DNA of 64,000 nt. It comes from a virus. Its lineage: Duplodnaviria; Caudoviricetes. The translations under genes were made by a program, and so were the position numbers. A model generated the notes under the pieces. That model was not told the DNA's origin. It was given only the letters and a program-made list of their open reading frames with translations, and did no database searches. The stretch lies in the IMG/VR virus record IMGVR_UViG_3300032167_000048; one strand, given 5' to 3'. Position 1 is the stretch's first letter. Each line of letters starts with the position of its first letter. Shown here in pieces: positions 48,412-60,600 of this stretch.

Positions 48412-51400
48412 ATGGCAATTAATATTAAATTTGATTTAGCTGGAAATCCAGAGCCGCCAACAATACTACTTGCTAATAAAAATGGCAATATATTAGGTCA
48501 ATTAAATGTAGACGAAGAAAGCATTGATATTAGCGATAAGTTTAATGATGCTTCTGAATTTAGCTTCACATTAAATAAGTTTGTTGATGATGAAATTACA
48601 AACTTGTGGGATAAGGTTGTTAATTTTAAACTTGTATATTGCGAAGAATGGGATATGTGGTTTGAGATAACTGTTGAACTTGATGAAGAAACAGAAACTG
48701 TTAAAACGGTATTCTGTACACAGCTTGGTCAAGCAGAATTATCACAGCTTAAATTATATAATGTTGAAATTAATACAGAGTCTGATATAGCTCGTGATGA
48801 CTATAAAATAACTATTTTATATGATGAAAACGACCACGAAGCTTCATTATTGCACAGACTATTAAAAGACAAAGCGCCACACTATTCTATAATTTACGTA
48901 GACCCTACTATTGCTAAATTACAGAGAAGCTTCTCTTTTGACGACACATCTATTTGTGATGCATTTATGGAAATTGCAGAAGAAATTGGATGTCTGTTCG
49001 TGTTTCATTCTAATTCTAAAAATGGAAAAATACAAAGAACTATATCTGTATTTGATTTACAGCAGAATTGTTTAAATCCAGATTGTAAACATCGTGGAGA
49101 ATTTACTGATGTTTGTCCTAAATGTGGCGGACAAGATAAAGACGGTAATAAATATGGAATTGAGTATGGATATGGAGAAGATACTAAAATATTTGTAACG
49201 TCTGACGAGCTTGCTTCTGGTGGGATACAATTAAAAACAGATACAGACGCTGTTAAGAATTGTTTTAAACTTGAAGCTGGCGATGATTTGATGACGGCAA
49301 CAGTTAGAAACTGTAATCCAAATGGAACTGATTATATCTGGAGATTTTCAGATGATATGAAGTCTGATATGTCAGAAGAATTAAAAGAAGCATTAAAAGC
49401 TTATGACTTAAAATACAAAGAATATTGTGACACATATAAGTCAGAATTAGATAAAGACTTAGTAAAAAAATATAATGCTCTTGTAGAAAAATATAAAAAT
49501 TATTATGATACTAAGTCAACTTGCTTAAACTGTAAAAACGAAGAGGTGTTTGACGGAAATTGTCCTAAATGTGGTAGCAGCAATGTTTTATCTGGTGACA
49601 GTCTACAACCTATCCCAAATGAAATTATTGGTTATGCACCGTTAATGAATGCTTATTATGACACGATTGATTTTGCATTATATCTTGAATCTTCTCTTAT
49701 GCCTGATGTGGACTTGACTGAGAAATCTCTTTGTTCAGATTGTAAGTATGAAGGGGTTTTTAAAAATACTTGTCCTCAATGTGGTGGTACAAATATTTTG
49801 TCAGGAGCAGAATACCAAGCAAGTTTATTAACGACATCTGCCCTCTCTACTGTTGCTGTAAAGGTTGATAATGTCGAGGGTATATCTTTGTCAACATCTA
49901 ACACTTCTGTTTTATCTATGGCAAAGGTTATTGTCAAATCAACATATAAAGTAGAAATAAAAACATCTTCTTTGTCTGAAGATAAAATTTGGACTGGTAG
50001 TTTTATTGTTACAAATTATTCTGATGAAAATGATACTGCCGAAAGTGGAACTATTAGTGTTATAGTTAATAATGACACGGAAACATATGTAGAGCAATTA
50101 ATAGAAAAATCATTAAACAAAGATAACACGAATGATTATAGTGTTACTGGCTTATTTGAAAAGGAACTTATAGTAATTGACAAAGAAATTGAAAAAATAA
50201 ATGCAGAAATCGAAGAATTAGATAAAAGAATTGAGGAAGACCCATACAATACAGACTTATTAGAACAAAAAGCAGAAGCTGTTGGTTTTCTGAGCGAGCT
50301 AATATTACTGCTTGAAGATGGAAACGAGTTTGGCGGAGAGTTTTATGATGAACTAAAAAAATATGCTCTTAATCCATTAAAAAGTTTTTATGATGCTTGT
50401 GATGCTTGTTTAAATATATTAATAGAGCAAGGTGCTGGTAGCGAAAACGAAAAACCAGATTTATATGAAAATTTATATAATCCTTATCGTCAAAAGTCTT
50501 CCGCTATTTCTAATGAGATTGCACTTAGAGAAGAAGAAATTAATTTGATTAATGGTATATCCAATGAAAATGGTGTTGTAGACCCAAAAGGAATTAAACA
50601 AAATATTGAATCTTGCAGAAATTCTATACAAGATGAACTTAATTTTCAGACTTGTTTAGGAGAGGAATTATGGCTTGAATTCTGTTGTTATCGCAGAGAA
50701 GATAAATATTCAAATGAGAATTATGCATCAGACGGCTTAAACAATGCAGAGTTATTTAAGAAAGCTTCTGAGTTTTTTGAAGTTGCTGAGAATGAAATAT
50801 TTAAAGCTTCTGAGCATCAGCATTCAATTTCTACCACTTTAAATAATCTATTGGCAATTCCAAAATTTAAAGAGTTAATTAAATATTTTAATCTTGGAAA
50901 CTGGATTCGTGTACAAATTGACGATAATGTTTATAGACTTAGACTTCTTGAATACGGAATTAACTTTGGAGATTTTGATAATGTAGATGTAGAATTTTCA
51001 GATGTAACCAAGATAAAAAATGGAGTTACAGATGTGCAAGCTGTTTTATCTCAAGCTTCTTCTATGGCTACTTCTTATAGTTCTGTGAAAAGACAAGCAA
51101 GCCAAGGAGAGAAAAGCAATACTACTTTAAATGATTGGGTTAAAAATGGTTTAAGTGCTACAAATACAAAAATTGTAAGTGGTGTTGATGAATCTATATT
51201 GCTTGGCAAAAATGGATTTTGGTGCAGACAAATAGACCCAGTAACTGGCGAAGTTAGCAATGAGCAAATAAAAATATTTGATTCTACAATTGCCATTACA
51301 GATGATAAATGGAATACTACTAAAACGGCTATTGGTAAATATTATTATATAGATGAAAATGGCGAAGAAAAAATGGCATATGGAGTCAATGGTGAAACAA

Positions 51401-52110
51401 TTATAGGTAAATTTATTTTGGGTAAAAATTTATCTATGCAAAGTGAATCTGGGGCTATGAAGTTTGATGGAGATGGATTATCTATTACAAGTGGAACTGG
51501 AGACAGTGTTGGTACAATGACATTTAATGAAAATGGTCTTGTGGTAAATCATGGTAAAAACACTGTTACAATTAGTCCTAAAACAGAAGAGGTTATGAAC
51601 ATTACCAATGGTGAAGACGAAGTTTTTGAAGTTAATGAAAATGGAGAACTTAGTATTAATGGTAATATCATTGCTCGTAGCTTAAAGTTGGAAAATGGAG
51701 TTAAAATTGACTCTGGCGTTATTACTAACTTGGCTAATGTTGCTACTTCTGGTTCTTATTACGATTTGCTTGATGCACCTACAAAATTAAGCGAATTTAA
51801 TAATGATAGTGGTTTTATTACCAATAGTGTAAATAATTTGACTAATTATTATAATAAAACAGAAACCAATAATTTGTTAAATAAAAAAGCTAATTCGGAT
51901 GATTTGGCTGATGTTGCTACTAGCGGAAGCTATGACGACTTAAGTAATAAGCCAAATTTAAAAGCTGTTGCTACTTCTGGCTCATATAATGATTTATCTA
52001 ATAAACCATCGTTGTCTTCTGTGGCAACTTCTGGTTCTTATAATGACTTGGTTGATATCGATGAGTTAAAGAATTGGGTCTTACAACAGATACAATTTGC
52101 AATCAGTTAA
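48412..52110 (+). CDS. Baseplate hub/tail spike (Tal-like)
   Basis: Position after Dit; three Zn-ribbon inserts; C-terminal VATSGSYxDL repeats. Confidence 0.7.
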   Translation: MAINIKFDLAGNPEPPTILLANKNGNILGQLNVDEESIDISDKFNDASEFSFTLNKFVDDEITNLWDKVVNFKLVYCEEWDMWFEITVELDEETETVKTVFCTQLGQAELSQLKLYNVEINTESDIARDDYKITILYDENDHEASLLHRLLKDKAPHYSIIYVDPTIAKLQRSFSFDDTSICDAFMEIAEEIGCLFVFHSNSKNGKIQRTISVFDLQQNCLNPDCKHRGEFTDVCPKCGGQDKDGNKYGIEYGYGEDTKIFVTSDELASGGIQLKTDTDAVKNCFKLEAGDDLMTATVRNCNPNGTDYIWRFSDDMKSDMSEELKEALKAYDLKYKEYCDTYKSELDKDLVKKYNALVEKYKNYYDTKSTCLNCKNEEVFDGNCPKCGSSNVLSGDSLQPIPNEIIGYAPLMNAYYDTIDFALYLESSLMPDVDLTEKSLCSDCKYEGVFKNTCPQCGGTNILSGAEYQASLLTTSALSTVAVKVDNVEGISLSTSNTSVLSMAKVIVKSTYKVEIKTSSLSEDKIWTGSFIVTNYSDENDTAESGTISVIVNNDTETYVEQLIEKSLNKDNTNDYSVTGLFEKELIVIDKEIEKINAEIEELDKRIEEDPYNTDLLEQKAEAVGFLSELILLLEDGNEFGGEFYDELKKYALNPLKSFYDACDACLNILIEQGAGSENEKPDLYENLYNPYRQKSSAISNEIALREEEINLINGISNENGVVDPKGIKQNIESCRNSIQDELNFQTCLGEELWLEFCCYRREDKYSNENYASDGLNNAELFKKASEFFEVAENEIFKASEHQHSISTTLNNLLAIPKFKELIKYFNLGNWIRVQIDDNVYRLRLLEYGINFGDFDNVDVEFSDVTKIKNGVTDVQAVLSQASSMATSYSSVKRQASQGEKSNTTLNDWVKNGLSATNTKIVSGVDESILLGKNGFWCRQIDPVTGEVSNEQIKIFDSTIAITDDKWNTTKTAIGKYYYIDENGEEKMAYGVNGETIIGKFILGKNLSMQSESGAMKFDGDGLSITSGTGDSVGTMTFNENGLVVNHGKNTVTISPKTEEVMNITNGEDEVFEVNENGELSINGNIIARSLKLENGVKIDSGVITNLANVATSGSYYDLLDAPTKLSEFNNDSGFITNSVNNLTNYYNKTETNNLLNKKANSDDLADVATSGSYDDLSNKPNLKAVATSGSYNDLSNKPSLSSVATSGSYNDLVDIDELKNWVLQQIQFAIS

Positions 52111-52130
52111 TAAGGTGAGTTTCATGAAAG

Positions 52131-52493
52131 ATGGTGATTGACATGACAGAAGAAAAGTTTAAGAAAAAACTTGAAAAAATAAAAGAAAAAAATAAAGAAA
52201 TTAAATTCAAAAATAAATTAAAAGCTGAAAAAAATAAGTATAAACGCAAGATGAGTACTTCTAATAAAGTTTTAATTGCTTCTATTATTGCAATTCTTGT
52301 ATTTACAATTGCTTGTTTGTATATTCAATGTGCTACTTCTATGGAAGTCAGCAGCACATTGATTACTTTATGGTATTCATTTTGGACAGTTGAAATTTTA
52401 AGTTTGGCTGGAATTAAAATTTCTAAGGTTATAAAAAATTATGATACTGCGTCTGATGTTGAGATTGAGACTGAAGATGAAAACGTTGGGTAA
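52131..52493 (+). CDS. Membrane protein (lysis module)
   Basis: Two TM helices after a basic coiled coil. Confidence 0.65.
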   Translation: MVIDMTEEKFKKKLEKIKEKNKEIKFKNKLKAEKNKYKRKMSTSNKVLIASIIAILVFTIACLYIQCATSMEVSSTLITLWYSFWTVEILSLAGIKISKVIKNYDTASDVEIETEDENVG

Positions 52494-52507
52494 TGGAGGA
52501 ATATAAA

Positions 52508-52810
52508 ATGGATGTAACTACTTTTTTAATGTTATTGGCTTCATTCTCTACTATCACTGGATTGGTAGTTGAATGTATTAAAAAAATTGTAACTGATAAA
52601 GCGAATATTTCTTACAATGTTACAGCTCTCATTGTTGCAATGGTTGTTGGTATTTGTGGTTGTGGAATTTATTATCAGTTAAGCGCAATTCCTTTTACTG
52701 TTAATAATGTTATTTATATGATTTTAATGGGATTTGCTAGTACATTGGTTAGTACACTTGGATACGACAAAGTAAAACAAGCTATATTGCAGATGTCTAG
52801 CAAAAATTAA
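52508..52810 (+). CDS. Holin
   Basis: Three TM helices, GYDKVKQAI end, upstream of the endolysin. Confidence 0.75.
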   Translation: MDVTTFLMLLASFSTITGLVVECIKKIVTDKANISYNVTALIVAMVVGICGCGIYYQLSAIPFTVNNVIYMILMGFASTLVSTLGYDKVKQAILQMSSKN

Positions 52811-52835
52811 TGGCTTTTATTAAGGAGGTAATATT

Positions 52836-54398
52836 ATGGCTAAACCTGTAATTGTTGGTTCTGCTCGTGTAGACGAGCGTGGACAATACAAGGGTGGACA
52901 AGCTGGTTCTCAAATTGATAAAGAAATTAGCAAACAAGATTGGTATCTTCATCCAAAGGGTTGGATTTTAATTCGACCAAAAGACAGCAAAAAGGCTGAA
53001 AAGATTGCCAAAGACATGGAATATGCTTGTGATTCAAAATACGTTGGATATGACCAAAATCAAAATAAGACTTTATACGAAGCTGTAAAATCATTAGATT
53101 TTGATATTTCTAAATTAAAAACCATGTGTGAAACTGACTGTGCAAGATTAGTTCGCGTATGTGTTAAATATGCTGGGGTTAATGCTAGAGATTTCTACAC
53201 TGGAACTATGAGAGATGCACTTGAAGATACAGGCGAATTTGAAATTTTAACAAGCGATAAGTATTGTGAGTCTAGCGACTATTTAAAACGCGGAGATATC
53301 CTCGTAACAAAAACACAAGGACACACCGTTGTGGTTTTATCTGACGGTGCTAAAATTACAAAGGAAGAAAAGGGTGATAATATGGCGTATACAATGAAGA
53401 CAAACATTGCTCATAAAAGTAATTATGGCGCAAAAAGAAGTCTGTCTCAAATCAAGTATATTGTAATACATTATACTGCTAATGATGGCGACACAGATGA
53501 AAATAATGGAAAATATTTTGATGGTGCAAATAGAAATGCTTCTGCTCATTACTTTGTTGATGATGATTCTGTAACACAGTCTGTTCCAGATGATTATGTT
53601 GCATGGCATTGTGGTGGTGGATTGCAGGGTTCTGGTGGACATTCGTTCTATAAACAGTGCACAAATACAAATTCTATTGGCATTGAAATTTGTGACGATA
53701 TTAAAAATGGTGTTATCTATCCTTCTGCAAAAACAATTGAAAACGTTGTTGCACTTACTAAATCATTGATGAAGAAATATAACGTTCCAGCTTCAAGAGT
53801 TATTCGTCATTATGATGTTACTGGAAAAACATGTCCAGCTTATTGGTGTGGAACAACTGCAAAAAATGCAAAATGGAAAACAGAATTTTGGAACAAACTT
53901 AGTTCATCAACTTCCTCTTCTACTGCATCTACTTCAAAACCATCATCTTCCTCAACAACATCAACAATAAATAAAACTGCACAATGGACTGGCGTTGTCA
54001 CAGCGTCTTCATTAAACGTAAGAACTTGGGCTGGCGCTGAAAATCCTACAGTTGTATTTAGTCCACTGAGTAGAAATAGCAAAGTTGAAGTTTGTGATTC
54101 TAAGAAAGCATCTGATGGAAGTACATGGTATTATATTAAGTACAATGGTAAATATGGATTTGTTCACTCTAGCTACATTAAAAAAGAAGAAGTTGTTAAA
54201 TATAAGACTACTGCAAATCTTAATTTAAGAAGCGCAGCTGGTGTAATTAATAAAAACAACGTGTTATGCGTAATTCCAAAAGGCTCAACTGTTACATATA
54301 AAAATAAATATTCAACAGTAAATGGAGTTAAATGGTATTATGTAACATACAATGGCAAAACTGGATATGCATCTGGTAGCTATTTAAAAAAAGTGTAA
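52836..54398 (+). CDS. Endolysin: Cys/His peptidase-like domain + Amidase_2 + two SH3b domains
   Basis: DCARLV..GDIL..GHT; IVIHYTAN, SAHYFVD, NSIGIEIC, RHYDVTGKTCP; two LNVR/LNLR...WYY SH3 repeats. Confidence 0.85.
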   Translation: MAKPVIVGSARVDERGQYKGGQAGSQIDKEISKQDWYLHPKGWILIRPKDSKKAEKIAKDMEYACDSKYVGYDQNQNKTLYEAVKSLDFDISKLKTMCETDCARLVRVCVKYAGVNARDFYTGTMRDALEDTGEFEILTSDKYCESSDYLKRGDILVTKTQGHTVVVLSDGAKITKEEKGDNMAYTMKTNIAHKSNYGAKRSLSQIKYIVIHYTANDGDTDENNGKYFDGANRNASAHYFVDDDSVTQSVPDDYVAWHCGGGLQGSGGHSFYKQCTNTNSIGIEICDDIKNGVIYPSAKTIENVVALTKSLMKKYNVPASRVIRHYDVTGKTCPAYWCGTTAKNAKWKTEFWNKLSSSTSSSTASTSKPSSSSTTSTINKTAQWTGVVTASSLNVRTWAGAENPTVVFSPLSRNSKVEVCDSKKASDGSTWYYIKYNGKYGFVHSSYIKKEEVVKYKTTANLNLRSAAGVINKNNVLCVIPKGSTVTYKNKYSTVNGVKWYYVTYNGKTGYASGSYLKKV

Positions 54399-54415
54399 CT
54401 ATTAACATTATATAG

Positions 54416-54446
54416 CCAAGAGAGTTTAATCACACTCTCTTGGTTT
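54416..54446 (+). terminator. Intrinsic terminator
   Basis: CCAAGAGAGT/ACTCTCTTGG hairpin. Confidence 0.65.
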
Positions 54447-54510
54447 ATCAAGGCATCACACTGCATTGAGATGCCTTTATAATAATGAAAGGATTGGGTG
54501 CTAGTGTGAA

Positions 54511-55209
54511 ATGGGTGATTTAAAACAATTGACACAAATAGACTGGTGGTATGTATTTATTGCTGTACTCCTTCTTCTCATTTGTATTAAAACTGTGTGG
54601 TCATTATTTGACTGGTTTGTTTTTGATAAGCTTGGCATTGAAACAAGAAGAATGAAACAAAGACGGCAAGAAAGCGAGTTGTTAAAGACTACCGCAGAGT
54701 TAGCAAAAGCTACTGCTGAAAGTCTTGATGAATTACGAGCACGACATGCAAAAGATGAAGAAGAATTTAGAGTAAATTTAAATACTTATATGAAAGAAAG
54801 CAGAGAAGACAGAAAGGCTATTCATGACGAAATGACAAAGTTTAATGAAAATCGTGCCAACGATAGACAGGTTTCAATTGAAAGAGAAAAACGTCTGAAT
54901 AATCGCATTACTGAAAGCAATGAACACAGAGATAAAATTATTGATAGTATAAGTGATTCTCTACATAAGCTAACCAATATGTTTGTTGACAAAGAAGTCG
55001 ATGATATGAGGTGGGAAATTTTGAATTTCTGTTCTGCGTTGACATCTGGAAGAAAATATAATAAAGAGTCTTTTGACCATGTAATTCAGATACATGAAAA
55101 ATACGAAAAGGTTCTTAGTGAGCACAACATGGAAAATGGTCGTGTAACAGCTTCTATGGAAGTAATTATGGAAGTCTATAAAGACAAGTTAAAAAACGGA
55201 TTTGAATAA
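54511..55209 (+). CDS. Membrane-anchored coiled-coil protein
   Basis: N-terminal TM helix, coiled coil, RWEILNF...NG motif. Confidence 0.7.
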   Translation: MGDLKQLTQIDWWYVFIAVLLLLICIKTVWSLFDWFVFDKLGIETRRMKQRRQESELLKTTAELAKATAESLDELRARHAKDEEEFRVNLNTYMKESREDRKAIHDEMTKFNENRANDRQVSIEREKRLNNRITESNEHRDKIIDSISDSLHKLTNMFVDKEVDDMRWEILNFCSALTSGRKYNKESFDHVIQIHEKYEKVLSEHNMENGRVTASMEVIMEVYKDKLKNGFE

Positions 55210-55247
55210 AATAGCAATTTTAAGTGTATTGTTAGGTGGTGATAAAG

Positions 55248-56855
55248 ATGGCTTTAAATATTATTAAAAATATAAATATTGACTTTTACGATGATAAATA
55301 TACTTTAATTAATGCTAAACAATATGACGGCAATTCAAGATATGTTACTATTACTTGCTATAATCAAGGAAAGATATTTAATTTAAATCCTAGCAAGCAC
55401 ACTGCATATGTTAGATATAAAAAATCAGATGGTCATACAATTTTTGATTTCTGTACGATAACTCCAAAGGGTCAAATTGAAATGGAATTAACAGAACAAA
55501 TGCTTGCTTCAAGTGGTGTTTGTGACGTTGACTTAGTAGTTATACATAAAGGGAATGCCGTTGTAAATGTTGATACTGGTGAAATTATCACAATAGATGA
55601 CTCATCAATTATATCAACTATGTTATTTAGAGTATATGTATACGAACCTGCGATTGATAACACATTGGTTGAATCTTCAGATGAATATAATGGTCTTAAT
55701 GATTTATTGACAAGAGCTGAAGCAGATTATAAAGCTGTAATTGAAGCTTCTGAACATCATGCGTTAATGTCTGAGTCTTGGGCTATTGGTGGTACTGGTA
55801 TTGAGGGTAGAGCTGATGAAGATACAAATAACTCAGAATACCATAGTCAGATGTCTAAATCATGGGCTGTAGGACATACAGAAGATGATGTTAGAAGTGG
55901 AGAAGATACTGATAATGCTCAATGGTATAGCGGTCAGTCTGAGTCTTGGGCTATAGGTGGGACTGGCAATAGAGATGGTGAAGATATTAATAATGCTCAG
56001 TGGTTTAGTAGTCAATCAGAATCTTGGGCTGTTGGTGACACTGGGAACAGAGATGGCGAAGATACGGATAATGCTCAGTATTATTCTCAAATGTCTAAAT
56101 CTTATGCAATGGGTGGAACTGGTATTGATGCAAGAAAAGAAGAAGATGTTGATAATGCTGAATATTACTCTAGATTAGCAAAGTCATATACAATGGGTAG
56201 CTTTGATGGAAGTACTGAAACGAGAGACGATGAAGGTACTGAAAATGCAAAAACCTATATGGAAACTGCAAAATCTCACATGGACGATGCTAAGGAGCAT
56301 ATGGACAACGCAAAATCTCACATGGATGATGCTAAGGAGTATATGAATAACGCAAAGATTAGTGAAACTAATGCAAAGGCAAGTGAAGATGCATCTGCGT
56401 TAAGTGAAACTAATGCAAAGGCAAGTGAAGATGCATCTGCGTTAAGTGAAGCCAATGCGAGTTTGAGTGAAACAAACGCATTAAATAGCGCTAACAAAGC
56501 TCAATCATATACTGTTGGTGGTACTGGTACTAGAGTTGGCGAAGATACAGATAATGCTAGTTGGTATTATAACGAAATGAAAGATATGTTTAATGGTTTA
56601 AATATTGTATTTGTGCCAAAGGGAACTATATCTTTTGATGAATTGGCAACTGCAAAAGAAACTGCTGTGGCTGGTTATGTATACAATATCAAAGATGATT
56701 TTGTTACAGATGAAACATTTAGAGAAGGTGCTGGCATGACATATACTGCTGGTACTAATATATATTATACAATTGATGGTGCGTGGGATTGTTTTGGTGG
56801 CTCTGCCTCCCCTACTGCTACTGTTGATGAAGTAAAAGAATATTTAGGAATTTAA
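55248..56855 (+). CDS. BppU-like baseplate/fibre protein with repeats
   Basis: AKQYD..SR N-domain; about 7 S.SWA.GGTG.R.GEDTDNA repeats; 42-bp tandem duplications. Confidence 0.65.
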   Translation: MALNIIKNINIDFYDDKYTLINAKQYDGNSRYVTITCYNQGKIFNLNPSKHTAYVRYKKSDGHTIFDFCTITPKGQIEMELTEQMLASSGVCDVDLVVIHKGNAVVNVDTGEIITIDDSSIISTMLFRVYVYEPAIDNTLVESSDEYNGLNDLLTRAEADYKAVIEASEHHALMSESWAIGGTGIEGRADEDTNNSEYHSQMSKSWAVGHTEDDVRSGEDTDNAQWYSGQSESWAIGGTGNRDGEDINNAQWFSSQSESWAVGDTGNRDGEDTDNAQYYSQMSKSYAMGGTGIDARKEEDVDNAEYYSRLAKSYTMGSFDGSTETRDDEGTENAKTYMETAKSHMDDAKEHMDNAKSHMDDAKEYMNNAKISETNAKASEDASALSETNAKASEDASALSEANASLSETNALNSANKAQSYTVGGTGTRVGEDTDNASWYYNEMKDMFNGLNIVFVPKGTISFDELATAKETAVAGYVYNIKDDFVTDETFREGAGMTYTAGTNIYYTIDGAWDCFGGSASPTATVDEVKEYLGI

Positions 56856-56869
56856 GTGAGGTGAGATAA

Positions 56870-57592
56870 ATGTACGTGATATTAATTAATGATGATAACT
56901 CAATGTATGGTTCACATAAAGAGAGAATTATGCAGAGAAGCAAATGTGTTGACAATTTAGTTTTTGTAGTAAATTCTAATTATAAAGGCAATGATATGTC
57001 TGAAGCTTCTGTTGTGTTGGAATATATTCTTCCAGTATCTCGTGAATATCGAACTGAATATCTCACTCTCTCAGATGAAAGATATAAAGATTGTTTTTTA
57101 CAGTATAAGCTTCCTTTTGATACTAAGCTTACAAAAGAAGCTGGGAAAATTGAATTACAATTAACTTTCGCCTATACTGGATTGGACGAAAATGGAAATG
57201 GAATTCAGATAGTTAGAAAGACTTCTCCTACTACTATAGATATTATTCCAATATCTGCATGGTCTGATATTATACCAGATTCTGCACTTTCCGCTCTTGA
57301 CCAGAGAATTCTTAAACAAGATGCACAGATTAGAGCATTAGAAGAATTAGCAAATGTAATTGATGCTGGTTCAGTTGTTGATAATCTTATTTATGATTCT
57401 GTTGAAGATACTCTTCAGCTTTCTGCAAAAGGCGTTGGAGTTGGAAATAAAGTTTCTGTTAGAGATATGTTAGATGAGGGAATTCCAGTAGTAGAATTAG
57501 ATTCTAATTCTGATGGTTCAGAAAACGAGCCAGAAGACGATAATCATGAAAATGATTGTGGATGTGAAAACAACAATGTTGTTGAATTTTAA
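56870..57592 (+). CDS. Baseplate-associated protein
   Basis: 240-aa ORF with GAGGTG RBS; followed by a hairpin at 57604-57629. Confidence 0.6.
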   Translation: MYVILINDDNSMYGSHKERIMQRSKCVDNLVFVVNSNYKGNDMSEASVVLEYILPVSREYRTEYLTLSDERYKDCFLQYKLPFDTKLTKEAGKIELQLTFAYTGLDENGNGIQIVRKTSPTTIDIIPISAWSDIIPDSALSALDQRILKQDAQIRALEELANVIDAGSVVDNLIYDSVEDTLQLSAKGVGVGNKVSVRDMLDEGIPVVELDSNSDGSENEPEDDNHENDCGCENNNVVEF

Positions 57593-57650
57593 TTTATATG
57601 ATTAGAGGACGATAAACTCGTCCTCTTTTATTATGAAAGGAGGACATGAA

Positions 57651-60600
57651 TTGAGTTTATCATTTAAAGATTCTTTAAAAAATAATATTGAAAAAACTGT
57701 AGCAAAACCATTAAAGTTAGCTGCTACAATGAACATAGATGAACCAAGTGTTGAAAATGTTGGAATTATGACACTTGAAGAAACTCCTAGTGTTGCTGCT
57801 TATTCTGGCGATGGTGGAAATTGGCAACAGCACAATAAATATGTATATTATTCTGTTTTTAATGACAATAATGTTTCAACTATTAGTGATAAAAAAGAAA
57901 TAAAATTAGATGGAAATCAGTTCAATATCACTCAAGAAGAAAATTCTCAGTATATACCGTTTGAAATGAATAGAAAATATGATGGCTATGATTTAACAAA
58001 AGCGGATATTACTATTCATTATACAACTGCAAATGGAAGACATCAGCCTGTTAGACCAGTAAATGTAACTTATAATAATGATAAGATTAGATTTGGATGG
58101 CTTGTTGATGCAAATGCTACGGTTGATGTTGGTACACTTGAATTTGAGATTCATGCTGACGGTATTGTAACTGGTAGCGATAATGTTCCAAGAGCTTATA
58201 CATGGAAAACTAAACGCAATAAAGAGTTGTATGTTTACGAATCTATGTGTGATTGCGAGGGTGTAATCAATGACATTGATAATAGTTGGTTGCAAGAGCT
58301 TGTAACAGATTTAGCTGAAAGCATTGCAGAAGAAGTTAAAAAAGTAGAAGTTGGAAGCTTAGTTACTCAGGCTGAAGACGCTGCTGATAGAGCAGAGACT
58401 GCTGCTAAAAATGCAGAAACTACTGCTACAACTATTGTTGAAAATGCTTTAGAAGATTATAGCACAACATCAGAAATGCAATCATATGTTAATCAGCAGA
58501 TTGCAGATGCTGATATCGAGGGCAAACTGACTGCTTATGCAAAAACAACAGAAGTTAAAGCTTTGGTTGGTAATATTGGCGAAGCCGAAAATCTTGTTGA
58601 TTATATTGATACAGCTGTTGATTCTGTTGATGTTTCAGAACAGTTAAAAGATTATGCTCTTTCAGATGACGTTAATAAGTCTATTGAAAATATTAATAAG
58701 AATTTAACTGATAATTATTATACAATTGCAGATTCTGACTTGAAACTTGTAACTACTCTTGAAGATGGCGAATACGCTACTAAGACAGATGTTGCAAATG
58801 CTATTGCGGCAGAAGATATTACTGCAAAATTAGGTAATTATTATACAAAAGATGAAACATATAATAAGTCAGAAATTGATGAAGCCATTAAAAACGTTGA
58901 GGTTGATTTAACTGGATATGCTACTGAAACTTTTGTAACAGATAAAACAAATCCTTTGGAAAGTTCAGTTAAAACAAATAAAGAAAATATTTCTTCTTTA
59001 AGCGAAACGCTTGGAGAATTGCAAGAAAGCGTTAATGCGATAGATACTTCTCCACGTATTACATATGATGTTGTTTATAATGATGCAGAAGACCCAGATG
59101 TTGGTGAAAATGTATTTGTATTTTATGAAATTGAAAACGAGGGTAAAGAGGGAGAAAAGAAAGAAGCTAAAAAGAAATTCACTATTACTGGTGGTTCTGG
59201 TGGCGGTTCTGGTAGCTCTCTTAAAATTTCATATGTAACAACATCTCCAGTTATAGCAACAGTAAATGATAAAATGTTGATTACTTATAACTTCTCTGGA
59301 ATTGATTCATCTGGTGACGTTATAACAGAGGGTAATTATACATGGAAAATTGGTTCAAAAATTATTGCGTCTGGTATCGCCACAAATGGAGATAATACTT
59401 TTGATGTGACCGATTTTGCAACTACTACAAGTCAGAAGTTTGTATTAACAATTACAGACGATGCTGGAAGCTTGGTTACAAAGTCTTGGACTGTACAAAA
59501 AGTAGACGTAAGATTAGAATCTAATTTTAATGATGCTTATAAATATAATGGAAATGTATCTTTTAATTACACTCCTTATGGTGCAATTGAAAAAGATATT
59601 CACTTTATTTTAGATGGGGAAGAATTAGGAGTGGTAAAAACTTCGACTTCTGGTATTCCTACATCATATATGCTTCCATCTCAAACACATGGAAGTCATT
59701 TATTAGAAGTATATATGACGGCTACTATTAACAATACGTTAGTAGAATCTAATCATATATACAAAGATATTATTTGGTTTGATGACAATACTTCTATTCC
59801 AGTTATTGGATGTGCCACAACTACAATTGATGCGATTCAGTATAATACTATAAATATTAAATACGCTGTGCACGACCCTAGAACAGAAACTCCAGAGGTG
59901 ACATGGCGTATTGGAGAAAACGTATTAAGTGTAGAAACATTAACAGAAAAAGATGAATATGGTTATTATACATATTCATATAAAGCAAATAGCGAGGGAA
60001 CATTTGTATTTACTATTACTTGCGGAGAAGCAGAACCAAAAGTAATTACAATGAATGTCGAAAAATTAAGTATTGATATTGAGCCAGTAACTGCTGGATT
60101 GGCATTTGATTTTGACCCAAACCCTACTGACTATTCTAATAGTTCAGCAAATAGATTATGGTCTGACAAAAATACTGGTGTAAATATGACTGTTTCTGAC
60201 AACTTTGACTGGGTTAATGGTGGATATCAAATTGATGAGAATGGCGATAAGTATTTTTGCGTAAAAGCTGGTACTACTGCTACAATCAATTATAACTTAT
60301 TTGGCGATGACCCTAAAAAAGATGGTAAAGAATTTAAAGTCATCTTTAGAACTAAAAATATTAGAAAGCGTGACACTTCTTTCTTAACTTGTATGAATGC
60401 AAATATTGGTTTAGATATGAAGATTGAACATGCTACTATCTATGAAAGTGGTGGCTCATTAAAATCAAATTATTGCGAAGACACAATCGTTGAATATGAA
60501 TTTAATATAAATAAGTATACAGATATGATGATAGTTATGTCATATGAAGATGGTACTCCTAGTAAGCCTTATGAATATACTGAAACATCATCATTCAAAC

